From assembly GCF_003918875.1 (NCBI RefSeq), contig NW_025765204.1, positions 124,001 to 188,000 of the forward strand: a stretch of DNA of 64,000 nucleotides, given 5' to 3'. Under the pieces are notes generated by a model. The model saw nothing but the letters and a program-made list of their open reading frames with translations. It had not been told where the DNA came from and ran no database searches. This DNA comes from Haliotis rubra. Lineage: Eukaryota. Each line of letters begins with the position of its first letter. Position 1 is the stretch's first letter. The position numbers and the translations under genes are program-made. Below are positions 38,401 through 50,428 of the stretch, piece after piece.

Positions 38401-41400
38401 TATATATTTGTACCATGGTTACCATGGTAACTGTAAAAAATCTATTCTTCTCTTCTTTATTTACTTGTTGGTGTCATCTACCACAGTGTTGTGGTATCAT
38501 TTTGTGTTGTGTTTCCAAAGTCTGGTATTAAACAGATCTTATTTGCATTAAAACACTGAAAAAGTGCTGCCTAATCAATTTCATACACACATGTATTTAC
38601 ACAGGATTTTTCCCTTACTGTTGTCAGGTAACAATGTGCTGTAATCAATAATTATGGGATTGCATAAGGTACATTTCAAAAACTGAATCAGATTTTCCAG
38701 AATCAATCTTGCTGGGCTGAATGCATTCATATTGGCTGTGGTGTGAAGTGAATAGAGTGTTTGAAATATCAGTGTTATGGTATAAAGCATTGCATGCATT
38801 TTCAAGACAAAAAGTAACTATTTTGATTCTGAGTGGTAGTACATGTTAGACTGTGGATTTTAATCATTCGGTTATCGCTGGATGGAGTTAAGTTCATGGA
38901 TCTACTTCGTATATGATGCAAAACAAGAATGTGTTTATCTGTTAAGGAATCACTTTGCATGCTTGAATCAATAATTACTAGATTTTTCATCCTGAGCCCA
39001 TTTCACTATCAAACACAAGCATTGCACATATGGAGTTGTCCCATATTGTCCTGTTGTAACCCAAGCAGATTCTTATTCTAGAGAGTAGGTGGACTATAAA
39101 AAGGGAATCAAAATTCTGAAGGATGAATGGATGGTCTTTGTCTCTTACACCACCACCACAAATAATTGTGTCCCTTAATCATACTCGTCATGCCAATGAC
39201 CAGGGTTCAATTCCCCACATGGGTACAAAACAATGTGTGTAGCCGATTTCTGGTGTCCCCCATCGTGATATTGTTGGAATGCTGCTAAAAGCAGCGTAAA
39301 ACTAAATTCACTCACTGTCTATCTAGGGGCGCTTTACAAATTTTTCCTGACGTTTGTCAGCTGCATTTATCGGAGTAATCATACTGTATTTTAAAGACCA
39401 TCCATATTCAGTCCCAATTTCCTATGTGTTTAGGCACAGGCGGTCACTCTGACAGTGTCGCAGGCCTTCGGTCTGGCCCAGGATAAGTGGGAGAACAAGC
39501 AGAATACGAAGACCCAGAAGGATATAGCCAACCACCAGAAGGTATGTGCAGCACCTTTACTCAAGGATAACTCTGGCTGGGATACCAGGGTGCCGATCCA
39601 CAAAGTGTGTGTAGCACTATGATGTAACTCTAAACTTTATCATAGACTTGTGGGGCAGTACGGCAGCCTACTGGTTAATAGTGCTGGTATTTGCATACAA
39701 CTTGCGATACGATACATCACGATCTATTGACAAAGTATCGTGCACTGAAGCTGCGATACGATACGAATCTCGATATAAGGTTGACGATACAATACGTATC
39801 ACGATACTAAAATATTTAATTCTAACACCTACTATAAAACACCTGAATGTCAAAACAAAACCATTTTAAAGTATTTCGTCAAATTCCGCCAGTGTTTTTT
39901 TTTCAATGTTCATTCGGAAACGAGATAATTAAGTTTATACACGGACTTTGTGAATGATAATAACATGTGAGCGCTATGTCGGACACAGTTCTTGACGCAA
40001 GAATTTCTGAGAAAACGTTTACTTATGAAGGGAAAATAAGTACCGGGTAAGCAAATGTTTAATCATCAAACAAAAGTGAGTCTTTTTTCTTGACAGATAT
40101 CGCGATTCGGCAATATTCAAAGTTAAACATCGATGTATCGTTGCCCATTTGAAGTATCGTATCGGGATATACGACAGTGTAAAACTTTGTATCGATTCAC
40201 TGTATCGGCGGCCCATGGATCTATGTATCGATGCCTATCGATGAATCGCCACACCACTAGTGGTTAAAGCGTTCGCTCTTTACGCCGAAGACCTGGGTTT
40301 GATTCCCCACATGAGTACAATGTGTGAAGCCCATTTCTGGTGTCCCCCGCCATGATATTGCTGAAATATTGCTAAAGGGGCATATTCCTAAACTAACCAT
40401 CACTCACTATCATAGACTTACGAATGGCGTAGTGCTATGAACTTCTATGGCTAGGGTTAGAAAAGGTCCCCAGCTACCAATACTGGTCCACCTGTGAATA
40501 TCTGGGTTAGAATTGATCTTCGGTAACCCATGCTTGTCATAAGAGGCGACTAACGGGCTCGGGTGGTCAGACTTGCAGACTTGGTTGACACATGTCATCG
40601 TATCCCAATTTTCTAGATTGATGCTCATGCTGTTGATCACTGGATTGTCTGGTTCAGACTCGATTATTTACAGACCGCCGCCATATAGCTGGAATATTGC
40701 TGAGTGCCGTGTTAAACAACAAACAAACTAGTCAATGCTGGTTATAGACGGTGACTGAAAAATAGTCTGACTGGAAAATTGTCTTGTCAGGTTCAGTGAC
40801 CTGGTGGTGCCATCATACCCCAACAGCATATCATTGGTAACAAATATGTCACTTGATTGTCTGGTCCAGCCTTCATTGGACTATTAATAAGTGCAACTTT
40901 GAACCTGGTGAACTTTAAATACTGAGGTTTGTGTCTTTGAACGGCATTTAGAAGTGACACACATGAAGGCGGATATCTTTGGATGTCAACTTCTTTATTT
41001 TGAGGGACATGACGTTTTGCTTATTCTCACTCATCAGGTGACATGTTATTTGAGAAACACTGAGATTTGTGTTGATAATCTTGTTGCAATGTTGTCACTG
41101 TAAGTTATATATGGTTTCATACATTGTTGTCGAAAGTGCGACAATATAACCGGTTTACCGGTATTTACCGTTCAGACATGAAAATAATACGTATTGCGAT
41201 ACGCTGATCCCAAAACCGGTATTTTGTATTGCGTTCGGAAAACCTCCTAACACTCAGAAATCTTCAGATATTACCTTGTTTTATTTGTGCCAAACATTAT
41301 TTACATTTTTATTTGTCATGAATTTAGTTAAATTTAATCGAGCATAGCTATTTTGTTGTTTTTGCTTCATGAATCAAGCATTAACATGATTATAAGTAGT

Positions 41401-44400
41401 TTTTTGTTTAAAATACTTCTTGCAATATATTGCAATACATATCACAATACATGCTTTCGCATTGCAATATATTGCAATATGAAAATTCTCTGCAATACCC
41501 ACCCCTAGTGGAAAGAAATACAACCAGGTTCTTATCTTTAGAACTCCATAGATAAACTGGCGTAACACTAAACTCACTCACTCACTCACTCCATAGATAA
41601 ACATGCCAATCTTGTTTCAGATAACGAAACAGGATAATTTTACGAGGAGTCACGATGTCATAAAGCCGCTGGCAGGTCACACCGGGTCAACAGCTGCAAA
41701 CTACGACCCTTTCCTAGGTTAGACTCTAAACCACAGGTTCTATTGTTTTATTTGAAGGGCTTGAAGTCAGCAATAGATAACATGTTTGCTTGTCCGAGAT
41801 TTCGAAAAGCACAAGACAAGTGATATTTCCATCTGAACTACATGTACTACTTTTAAGCTTAGATCGCCTGGCTTGCTAACGTATCTGTCATGTCTTTAGT
41901 AGATATTTTTAGTCAACTATACATGTATAGAAAAAAGAAAATATTTTCTAATTTTCTCTTTCATGGTTATTTTACATCTTCTTATGAAGTAACTAGAAGA
42001 CACTTCTCATTAAATCCATGATTGGTATATTATACTTTACTGTACTTCAAAACTGAACATTTTGAAATGGTTGCAAAATAAGTTTGGACAAAAAGCAAAG
42101 AAAAAGTTGAGTTCAGTGTATTTGTGATCAGTGATGATGTAAGGAGAATTATTGGTTGGAAATTGGTGTTGTGGTAAGTCTGAGAATCACTGTTGTATCC
42201 CGTAGCTTTAGTTTGTGCTATATGTTTCAGCGATCCCCGGCCCACCCCAGGTCCAGACACCAGGCAATACCAACAAGCGACAGTGGGTAAGTACACTGCT
42301 TTATGGAATCACCAAAATATTGTGTCCTTCACAATGTGTGTAAAGATCCAGGTTAGAATTAGGGGTCTTTAGTAACCCATGCTTGTCGAAAGAGGCGATC
42401 GGGATCGGGTGGTCAGGCTCGCTGACTTGGTTGACACATGTCATCATATCCCAGGTGCATAGATTGATGCTCATGCTGTTGATCAATGGATTGTCTGGTC
42501 CAGACTTGATTATTTACAGACTGCTGCCATATAGCTGGAATATTGCTGAGTGTTGCGTAAAACTAAACTCACTCAGTCACTCACCATGTGTGCTATCCCT
42601 ACTTTTCACAACTCTGTCGCTGAACATCTTCAATGAGATGTGTTTACCAGTGTTAAGTACTCATTCTTTCCCACCCTTGAGTTTTAATGCAGTTAGGTAG
42701 TATTGTTTTATGTCACTTTTAACACTTGTCCAGCAACATCAATGCAGACTACACCAGTGAAAGGCTCCCACATCAAACCCTAGTTTCAATGTGACAAGCG
42801 AATGTTTTAACCACTAGGCTTCACAACCCCTTTCCTCTTTTAATGCAGTGACACATTTATTTCTGTTAAAACATATTCCCTTTTTCAAGTGTATATGTTT
42901 TGTCTTTCAGCAAGAATTTGGTGATAGAGAGGAAGACTTGGAGGATGATTTCTCCAGGTGAGTAGGGCAGGACTTGATCAGTCAGTGATGTCTGTCAGTT
43001 CAACGTTATGTATCGTAGGTATATCTGATGTCCTGATGGCTGTTGTTTCAAATGTTGAAAGATGAAGACAGTCTGACACTTATCCAGGAGAAGATATGAG
43101 ACCATCTGTGACCCAGGCAGGGGTAGAGGGAGACCATCTGTGACCTAGGCAGGGATAGATGGAGACCATCTGTGATCTAGGCAGGGGTAGATGGAGACCA
43201 TCTGTGATCTAGGCAGGGGTAGAGGGAGACAATCTGTGACCTAGGCAGGGGTAGAGGGAGACAGTCTGTGACCTAGGCAGGGGTAGACGGAGACAATCTG
43301 TGACATAGGCAGGGGTAGATGGAGACAATCTGTGACCCTAGGCAGGGGTAGATGGAGACCATCTGTGACCTAGGCAGGGGTAGAGGGAGACAATCCAGAC
43401 CTAGGCAGGGGTAGAGGGAGACAGTCTGTGACCTAGGCAGGGGTAGACGGAGACAATCTGTGACATAGGCAGGGGTAGATGGAGACAATCTGTGACCTAG
43501 GCAGGGGTAGAGGGAGACAATCTGTGACCTAGGCAGGGGTAGAGGGAGACAGTCTGTGACCTAGGCAGGGGTAGATGGAGACAATCTGTGACCTAGGCAG
43601 GGGTAGAGGGAGACAATCTGTGACCTAGGCAGGGGTAGAGGGAGACAACCCAGACCCAGGGGGTAGATGGAGACAAAAGGCAGGGGTAGATGGAGACAAT
43701 CTGTGACCCAGGCAGGGGTAGATGGAGACCATCTGTGACCCTAGGCAGGGGTAGATGGAGACAATCTGTGACCTAGGCAGGGGTAGATGGAGACAATCTG
43801 TGACCTAGGCAGGGGTAGAGGGAGACAATCTGTGACCTAGGCAGGGGTAGAGGGAGACAATCTGTGACCCAGGCAGGGGTAGATGGAGACAAAAGGCAGG
43901 GGTAGATGGAGACCATCTGTGACCTAGGCAGGGGTAGATGGAGACAGTCTGTGACCTAGGCAGGGGTAGATGGAGACAATCTGTGACCTAGGCAGGGGTA
44001 GAGGGAGACAATCTGTAACCTAGGCAGGGGTAGAGGGAGACAATCTGTGACCCAGGCAGGGGTAGATGGAGACAAAAGGCAGGGGTAGATGGAGACAATC
44101 TGTGACCCAGGCAGGGGTAGATGGAGACAGTCTGTGACCCAGGCAGGGGTAGATGGAGACCATCTGTGACCTAGGCAGGGGTAGATGGAGACAGTCTGTG
44201 ACCTAGGCAGGGGTAGATGGAGACAATCTGTGACCTAGGCAGGGGTAGAGGGAGACAAGTGACCCTAGGCAGGGGGTAGAGGGAGACAATCTGTGACCCA
44301 GGCAGGGGTAGATGGAGACAAAAGGCAGGGGTAGATGGAGACAATCTGTGACCCAGGCAGGGGTAGATGGAGACCATCTGTGACCTAGGCAGGGGTAGAT

Positions 44401-45370
44401 GGAGACCATCTGTGACCTAGGCAGGGGTAGATGGAGACCATCTGTGACCCAGGCAGGGGTAGATGGAGACAATCTGTGACCTAGGCAGGGGTAGATGGAG
44501 ACAATCTGTGACCCAGGCAGATGTAGATGGAGACAATCTGTGACCTAGGCAGGGGTAGATGGAGACCATCTGTGACCTAGGCAGGGGTAGATGGAGAACA
44601 TCTGTGACCTAGGCAGAGGTAGATGGAGACCATCTGTGATCTAGGCAGAGGAAGAGGGAGACAGTCTGTGACCTAGGCAGGGATAGAGGGAGACAGTCTG
44701 TGACCTAGGCAGGGGTAGAGGGAGACAGTCTGTGACCCAGGCAGGGGTAGAGGGAGACCATCTGTGACCTAGGCAGGGGTAGATGGAGAACATCTGTGAC
44801 CTAGGCAGAGGTAGATGGAGACCATCTGTGATCTAGGCAGAGGAAGAGGGAGACAGTCTGTGACCTAGGCAGGGGATAGAGGGAGACAGTCTGTGACCTA
44901 GGCAGGGGTAGAGGGAGACAGTCTGTGACCTACCCACAGGTAGATGTAGTGTAAAGGTAAGATAAAGCAGAGTTAATAGTTGCTGTTTTTCCTGTCTTTT
45001 ACGGTAAACTACAGTTGATACGAACTCACAAGATCGCTGATTGTATCTCATTATCACCGAAGTTCCTTATAATTAAACAGCAAATAGACAGGACTGCCAA
45101 AGCAGTGTGTTATATATGTCAGTTTGCCAGATCATGTTTAATGAAAACATAATTCACATGCATATTGATATGGATAAAATAATGTTGATTACAACCTGCA
45201 ACCTTTGGTGTTCCAGACTTGCCCAGAACAGAGGTCGACGCCTGCATTCTTTCAGCACCGACCTCTGCAAGGAAGATGTAGATGAGAGCGTCCAGCAGTA
45301 TATGGACGGACAGAGGTGCTTCGAAGAATTCTCACGACAAAAATCTATTGAAGATTTGCTGAATTTATGA
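29424..45370 (+). CDS. LDLRAP1: LDL receptor adaptor protein 1 (ARH), PTB-domain clathrin adaptor, 9 coding exons, 305 aa
   Basis: Exons 29424-29487, 31606-31769, 35808-35920, 37656-37770, 39434-39541, 41621-41717, 42231-42286, 42911-42957, 45217-45370, all GT-AG with consistent phases (918 nt). Protein MDAFLRAVRKSP...RHKKLGEGW...FYMKYLG...AKSAGKKLKKVSLTVSPTGI...SIYRISFCTADKNHEKVFAFIA...MECHAYFCAKRKLAQAVTLTVSQAF...LEDDFSRLAQNR parallels human ARH, including the AP-2 beta2-binding motif. Exons 6-7 are supported by splice sites and phase only. Confidence 0.92.
32281..32579. mobile_element. hAT-like MITE, 6-bp TSD
   Basis: TIR CAGGGCTCCA/TGGAGCCCTG; AGTGAT on both flanks. Confidence 0.7.
34228..35040. 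mobile_element. Non-autonomous DNA transposon (pogo/Tigger-like TIR)
   Basis: TGGGACCCTCTATTATCGCGG / CCGCGATAATAGAGAATCCCA inverted termini; TSD degenerate. Confidence 0.55.
35201..35425. mobile_element. hAT-like MITE inserted in a family-A SINE, apparent 5-bp TSD
   Basis: CAGGGAAAGAAA...TTTCGAACTCTG; CAACA on both flanks; internal ggacca repeats; inverted sister copy at about 37801-38007. Confidence 0.65.
36644..37093. mobile_element. MITE with CAGAGATGC(A/C)AACC TIR and 7-bp TSD
   Basis: CAGAGATGCAAACC / GGTTGGCATCTCTG; AATAATG at 36637-36643 and 37094-37100. Confidence 0.8.
39679..40259. mobile_element. hAT-type MITE (TAGTG...CACTA, 8-bp TSD) nested in a SINE nested in a Harbinger-type MITE
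   Basis: TSD ctggttaa/gtggttaa; many cgata/tatcg subterminal repeats; host SINE 39650-40407 has the 12-bp TSD tatcatagactt. Confidence 0.8.
43097..44932. repeat. 32-bp G-rich minisatellite (about 55-60 units) in the last LDLRAP1 intron
   Basis: Unit ggagacaatctgtgacctaggcaggggtagat with variant and deleted units. Confidence 0.97.
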
Positions 45371-48300
45371 CAAGGACGGGGACCGTAGTTAGTTTGAGTC
45401 AGTTTTTGCAGTTTTTTAAATTGTGACAAATCTTTACTAAATCACATTTAAATGACTTTTCCTGTTAGTCTTTCCTGTACATAATATCAAGTTCACAAGT
45501 AATTGTCAGAAATTTAAATCCATCTCTGGCTGTCATTTGTAAGAGACACATGGAAGTGGACATGCAGGATGTCCTTGTCTAAAGTGTTTGTACTTAAGTT
45601 GCCATAGCAACAGCTGTCTAGATGTTTAATTGACATCCTGTTTTTTGACAGAAGGATACACACAGTGGCAACAGGCATTTACAATGGGGTCTAGAGTGTG
45701 TGTTTATATATAATGTTTCACTTATGATGTCGGTTGGTGACAGCTTGGCAGTTGTATCCTTTCAAGGTGCAAGAAATTCTCTGTATTCAGAAACCTACAC
45801 TTCCCTTAAGGTCAGATTTCCCGAGAGTATAATACAGGAACGACAATGGTAGTTCGATGACATCACTGCAGTCCGAGAGTTTCAAAGCAAATCTCTACAT
45901 GTGTCTATGTAAGTTGACTGATTTTCATTAGAACTGTGCGGGGTGGTGGGGTAGCCAAGTGGTTTAAGCATTCACTCATCACATCCAAGACCCGGGTTTG
46001 ATTCCCAACATGGGTACAATGTGTGAAGCCCATTTCTGGTGTCCCCTGCCGTGATATTGCTGGCATATTGCTAAAAGCGCAGTAAAACCAAACTCACATA
46101 TTCGAAACTGCTGACCAGTCCTATATTAAACATAGTGTTGTAAGACCATTTTGTTTTCAACAATAACAATGTATTTTTCTATTCAGAAGTAACAAATTAT
46201 TGTAATAATGAAAACATCAGAGGATTTGGAATTTTCATGTGGGTTTGGAAAGGCTGATGTGCTTGTCAGATAATACACTGGTATTGCCATGTGTCATTTT
46301 AGACTTCCTACCCTGTACGATCAGACAATCTGAAAACCATTAAGAATTGAAAAAATGTTTATCACTGTCCTGCATATTTCAATCATACCATATTTCATGG
46401 CGATAGAAAATCCCATAGGTATGAGTTCTGTCAGTGTTGGAATTGTCTGGATGGCAGATGTTGCATTTTTAAGCTCACCCATATTTTGTCAAATCTCCAA
46501 TGACGTCCAACTACCTACTACTGCTTTCAGTAGGATAAGTTACCTTGTTTTCTGTGTAGACATTCAGCCTCCCATTCTGTAGGTTCAAATCCCAGACCCA
46601 GGAGATTAGGATCCTTGGTTACCACAATATTGGGTTTGTTGGTTCCAGCAGAATGGTAAGCAGAATGGTAAACAACCATGTACGGGCTGTTTACCAAACA
46701 ACCTAAGGTTGTACCAAACAACCTTAGCGCTAAGACTACCTTAAGTCTATGTTAAGGTATAGGACTTATGGTCACCTTAGAGCTAAGTTCGCTTTGTACA
46801 ACAGCACCCTTGTTTCTCACCCACATGTAGCAGACATGCCTTGAAATATTGCTCGAAATTCAACTCTTTCACTAACTTTCAGAGACAAGTTAACTAAATG
46901 TCGACTCATGTAACAGAGGGATGAGTGAATGCATGAATGTATGCAGCTTCATACATGGTGGACACCCATAGTAGCCTTTGCATATTCTGTCTATTAAGGA
47001 ATCAAATTTTGGCGATAGTAGCGTTGAAGCAGAGCTGTAACTACTTCATTACAACACCTCCCATGAACCAGTAGGAAAGGGTTTTAGTTCACTGAAAAAA
47101 ACCCACCATTTCCAAAGCTTCTCACAGGCATTCATTTAAGGGCAGGGGCAGTGGGGTAGCCTAGTGGTTAAAGCTTTTGCTCGTTGTCCTGAAGACCTGG
47201 ATTCAGTTCCCCATGGATACTGTGTGTGAAGCCCATTTTTGATGCCCCCTGCTGTGATACTGCTGGAATATTGCTAAAGGCAGAGTAAAACTAAATTCAC
47301 TTATTTAAGGGTAGATCTGTTTAATATTACTAAAGTTACATGCTTTAATGAAGGGACAATACTGAATAGGAGATGACAGTTTTCTTCAACATGTTCAATT
47401 TACACCTTTGCATTTTTAACTGAAGTCACTCGTGTTTGTACAGTCATATATTCGAAGTGTATATTTTGAGTTGATTTCATGACCTCTTGCATGTTTCAAG
47501 CATATTTTGTCAATTGAGAATTAACCATACAAGTCTTTATTATGTTATTTATTTCATCACTGTCCACATACTGATTCTGCATGTAATTATAGAATAGGGC
47601 AGCCTTGTTATTTAATTAGAATTTGCATGCAATTTATTGGATTGCACGTTTGACATATTACATTTATAACGTTCTTCGTGGAGTGCTTGGCAGGTTGATC
47701 TTGTCAGAATCAGCTTTAGTAAGTACTGTTCATAATTATTTGGTTTATTGTTTATTGTTAAAATTCAGTCTTGATGAATTCAAATTGTTTCTTTCAATGT
47801 CATACCTCACTGCATGATCATCTCACTAACTGACTCAGCAAGTCGCTTCACATGACATTTCTTATCAGCCAATCTGCATCAAGGCTCCATGATCCTTGGT
47901 ATGAGTTAGCATAGCGCTCTTATCAGAATTTGATACACTCGTTGTCTCTGAGCACCAAGCACCGCTGTATACTACAATAATCAAGTTTTTGGGGAATATT
48001 TGTGTTGTGTGTGGATTTTAATTTTATTTTAAAGGTATGCATTAGGATAGTGACATCTTAAAGAGTAATGTTGGTTTTATGTCTGATACAGCTGTGTCTA
48101 ATACAACTGTAAATATCTGATACAGCTATGGATGTCTAATACAGTTGTAAATCTTGAATACAGTTGGGTCTGATACAGCTGTAAATGTGGGATACAGCTT
48201 CGGTTGCATTTCGTTATCTGTAATATTCCCATCCTCGATAATCTCCAGGGTATATGTTACGATAAATCTCCACTATACCCTGGATGCATCTAAGGCTCGA

Positions 48301-48833
48301 CCTGATGATTTTATTACCTCCCTTGGCTGGCTTTTTATCCAATCAGGTGTCTAAGCTGGAAAGTTGAGCATACCAATCACAACTCACTTTCGCTTCTTAA
48401 ATTATCAAACCAATTAAACTTTGCAACGCAATTGTTGCAGAGGTACTCTGAAAGAGGTAGAAGGAGTTCTTGCATATATATTTTTAAGTTTCAGACCTGT
48501 CAATTTGTCTGTATGATTTCCCCAAAAATCTGAGTTGCACTGCGAACAAACCTTCGCAGCTGCCTCCGCTATCTTTGTTGACACTGGCAAGCTCATTTGT
48601 AATGGCGGCTTAGCTGACTGGCTACTGTGAGAATGCGGAGCTAGCAAAGGGAGGTAATAAAATTATCGTAGAAGTCACTTTGATCACACCACTGACAATG
48701 TGAACTGTTTAGATTGAGATATGCAGCAGCACTGCTGACTGACGCACTGTTGGAAGTTTGTATCTGTTTGCACTAGCACAGTTATCGTTGTTTCACTTAT
48801 TAAACACGATTTGGCATTGCATTATTAAAGTAT

Positions 48834-49312
48834 TAGGGACCGGTCCTTATTGGACGGGGTGGAGCTGTAGGAATCAGATTAGGGTCACCAAAAGCAAGTA
48901 CAGTCTCAAAGTAGGAGCCCTTAAACATACTACACACATTCATGTTAAAAATGGAAAATTGCTTTAAATTTAATGTGTTTTTTTTTCTCTTAAATGAGGG
49001 AGGCAGTGGGGTAGCCTAGTGGTTAAAGTGGCATTCGCTTGTCGCCCCGAAAACTTGGGTTCGATTCCCCACATGGGTACATGTGTGAAGCCCATTTCTG
49101 GTGTCCCCCACCATGATAATTCTGGAAAGTTGCTAAAAGTGGCATAAACTAAACTTACTCACTCACTTAAATGAGGGTCATGAATAAAATCTGAAAGGAG
49201 TCGTGATATTTATCAAAATGTAGGAATAAGGGGAGGGTCATTATTTTCAGTACCCTACAGCATCAGAGACTTCACAACCAACCCACTCCTGTAATTTAAG
49301 GACCGGTCCCTA
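48834..49312. mobile_element. MITE with TAGGGACCGGTCCTTA termini carrying an internal family-A SINE
   Basis: TAGGGACCGGTCCTTA / TAAGGACCGGTCCCTA; internal SINE 49000-49167 with TSD cttaaatgaggg. Confidence 0.65.
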
Positions 49313-50290
49313 CAACGGATCCATGCGTCACAGTTTCAAACCACATCTTCTCATCATCGGACATGATACCTAGTTTCTGTGTGTCACAGTATATCAGTTA
49401 GTTTTTGTGAATCATTATACTTTTGCCGTGTATGAAATTATTTTCAGTGGGTTTAAGTTTTCTGAGACATTCTGCATACACCACTTCACAGGTGTTTTTC
49501 TTTATGAAATTATTCAATGTTTTACTGAAATTGAGACTTTTTGTTTGAATATCAGATGATAAATTATATTATCTTCAGAATCTTGGAATGTTTTCTGCTA
49601 AAATGTGTTAGCAATCACTCACTGGTCTCACTTGGGATGTAGTACAAGAAATTAATTGGTGCATTGTTCAGATCTGGAATGTAATCAGTAGCCAGTCAGA
49701 TGTTTAACACTTATTGACAGTTGGGTTATACTACATGCACTGGTATTTTCTGAAACAATAAATATATAGTCAGTCCTAAATAGATTTCTGACACTTCTGG
49801 CTTTTTTTTTAATATTATTATTAATGTTTGCATGGCATTTTATTTCAATAGGTCTGTTCAGATGTGCTTACAGGGAATTCTCGCTTATTCTGACAATAAT
49901 AATCAAGGTAATTTACTTAATTGATTTGCAAATTTATGTCAAAATCAGGTTCAAGTTTTGTTACAAAAACACATTGGATTAAGTAAGATGGTGAAAAGTT
50001 TTACATTTGTTGATGTGATCAGCTGGAAAACAATGAAAGTTTACGTGGCTGAAAACCAATAATATGGGGATATCGAACTGGTGTGTTTTATCTGACAATA
50101 AACATACATGAGGATGTTCAAGAGGACGGACAATTTTTTGTTGGTAAACAAGATGGAATTGTATATCAATTAAAAATATTTTTTGTAATGCCAACTTCAT
50201 ATATTATCATAATGATACCTGTCACTGTACTAAACACTACTAACATAACAGTGTGCTGAACATCAAACTATTAATGTCTCTGTGCAGACA

Positions 50291-50428
50291 GTGCTAGTAA
50301 GATTGTCATTGTTAAGACAATGCTAGTAAGATTGTCATTGTTAAGACAATGCTAGTAAGATTGTCATTGTTAAGACAATGCTAGTAAGATTGTCATTGTT
50401 ATGACAATGCTAGTTCAATGTCATTGTG
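50291..50428. repeat. 29-bp tandem repeat (about 4.5 copies)
   Basis: tgctagtaagattgtcattgttaagacaa repeated. Confidence 0.9.

Noticed and set aside
43097-44932. CRISPR-like regular repeat array and repetitive ORFs
   Set aside because: Head-to-tail tandem units without unique spacers, in a eukaryotic intron with no cas genes; it is a minisatellite.
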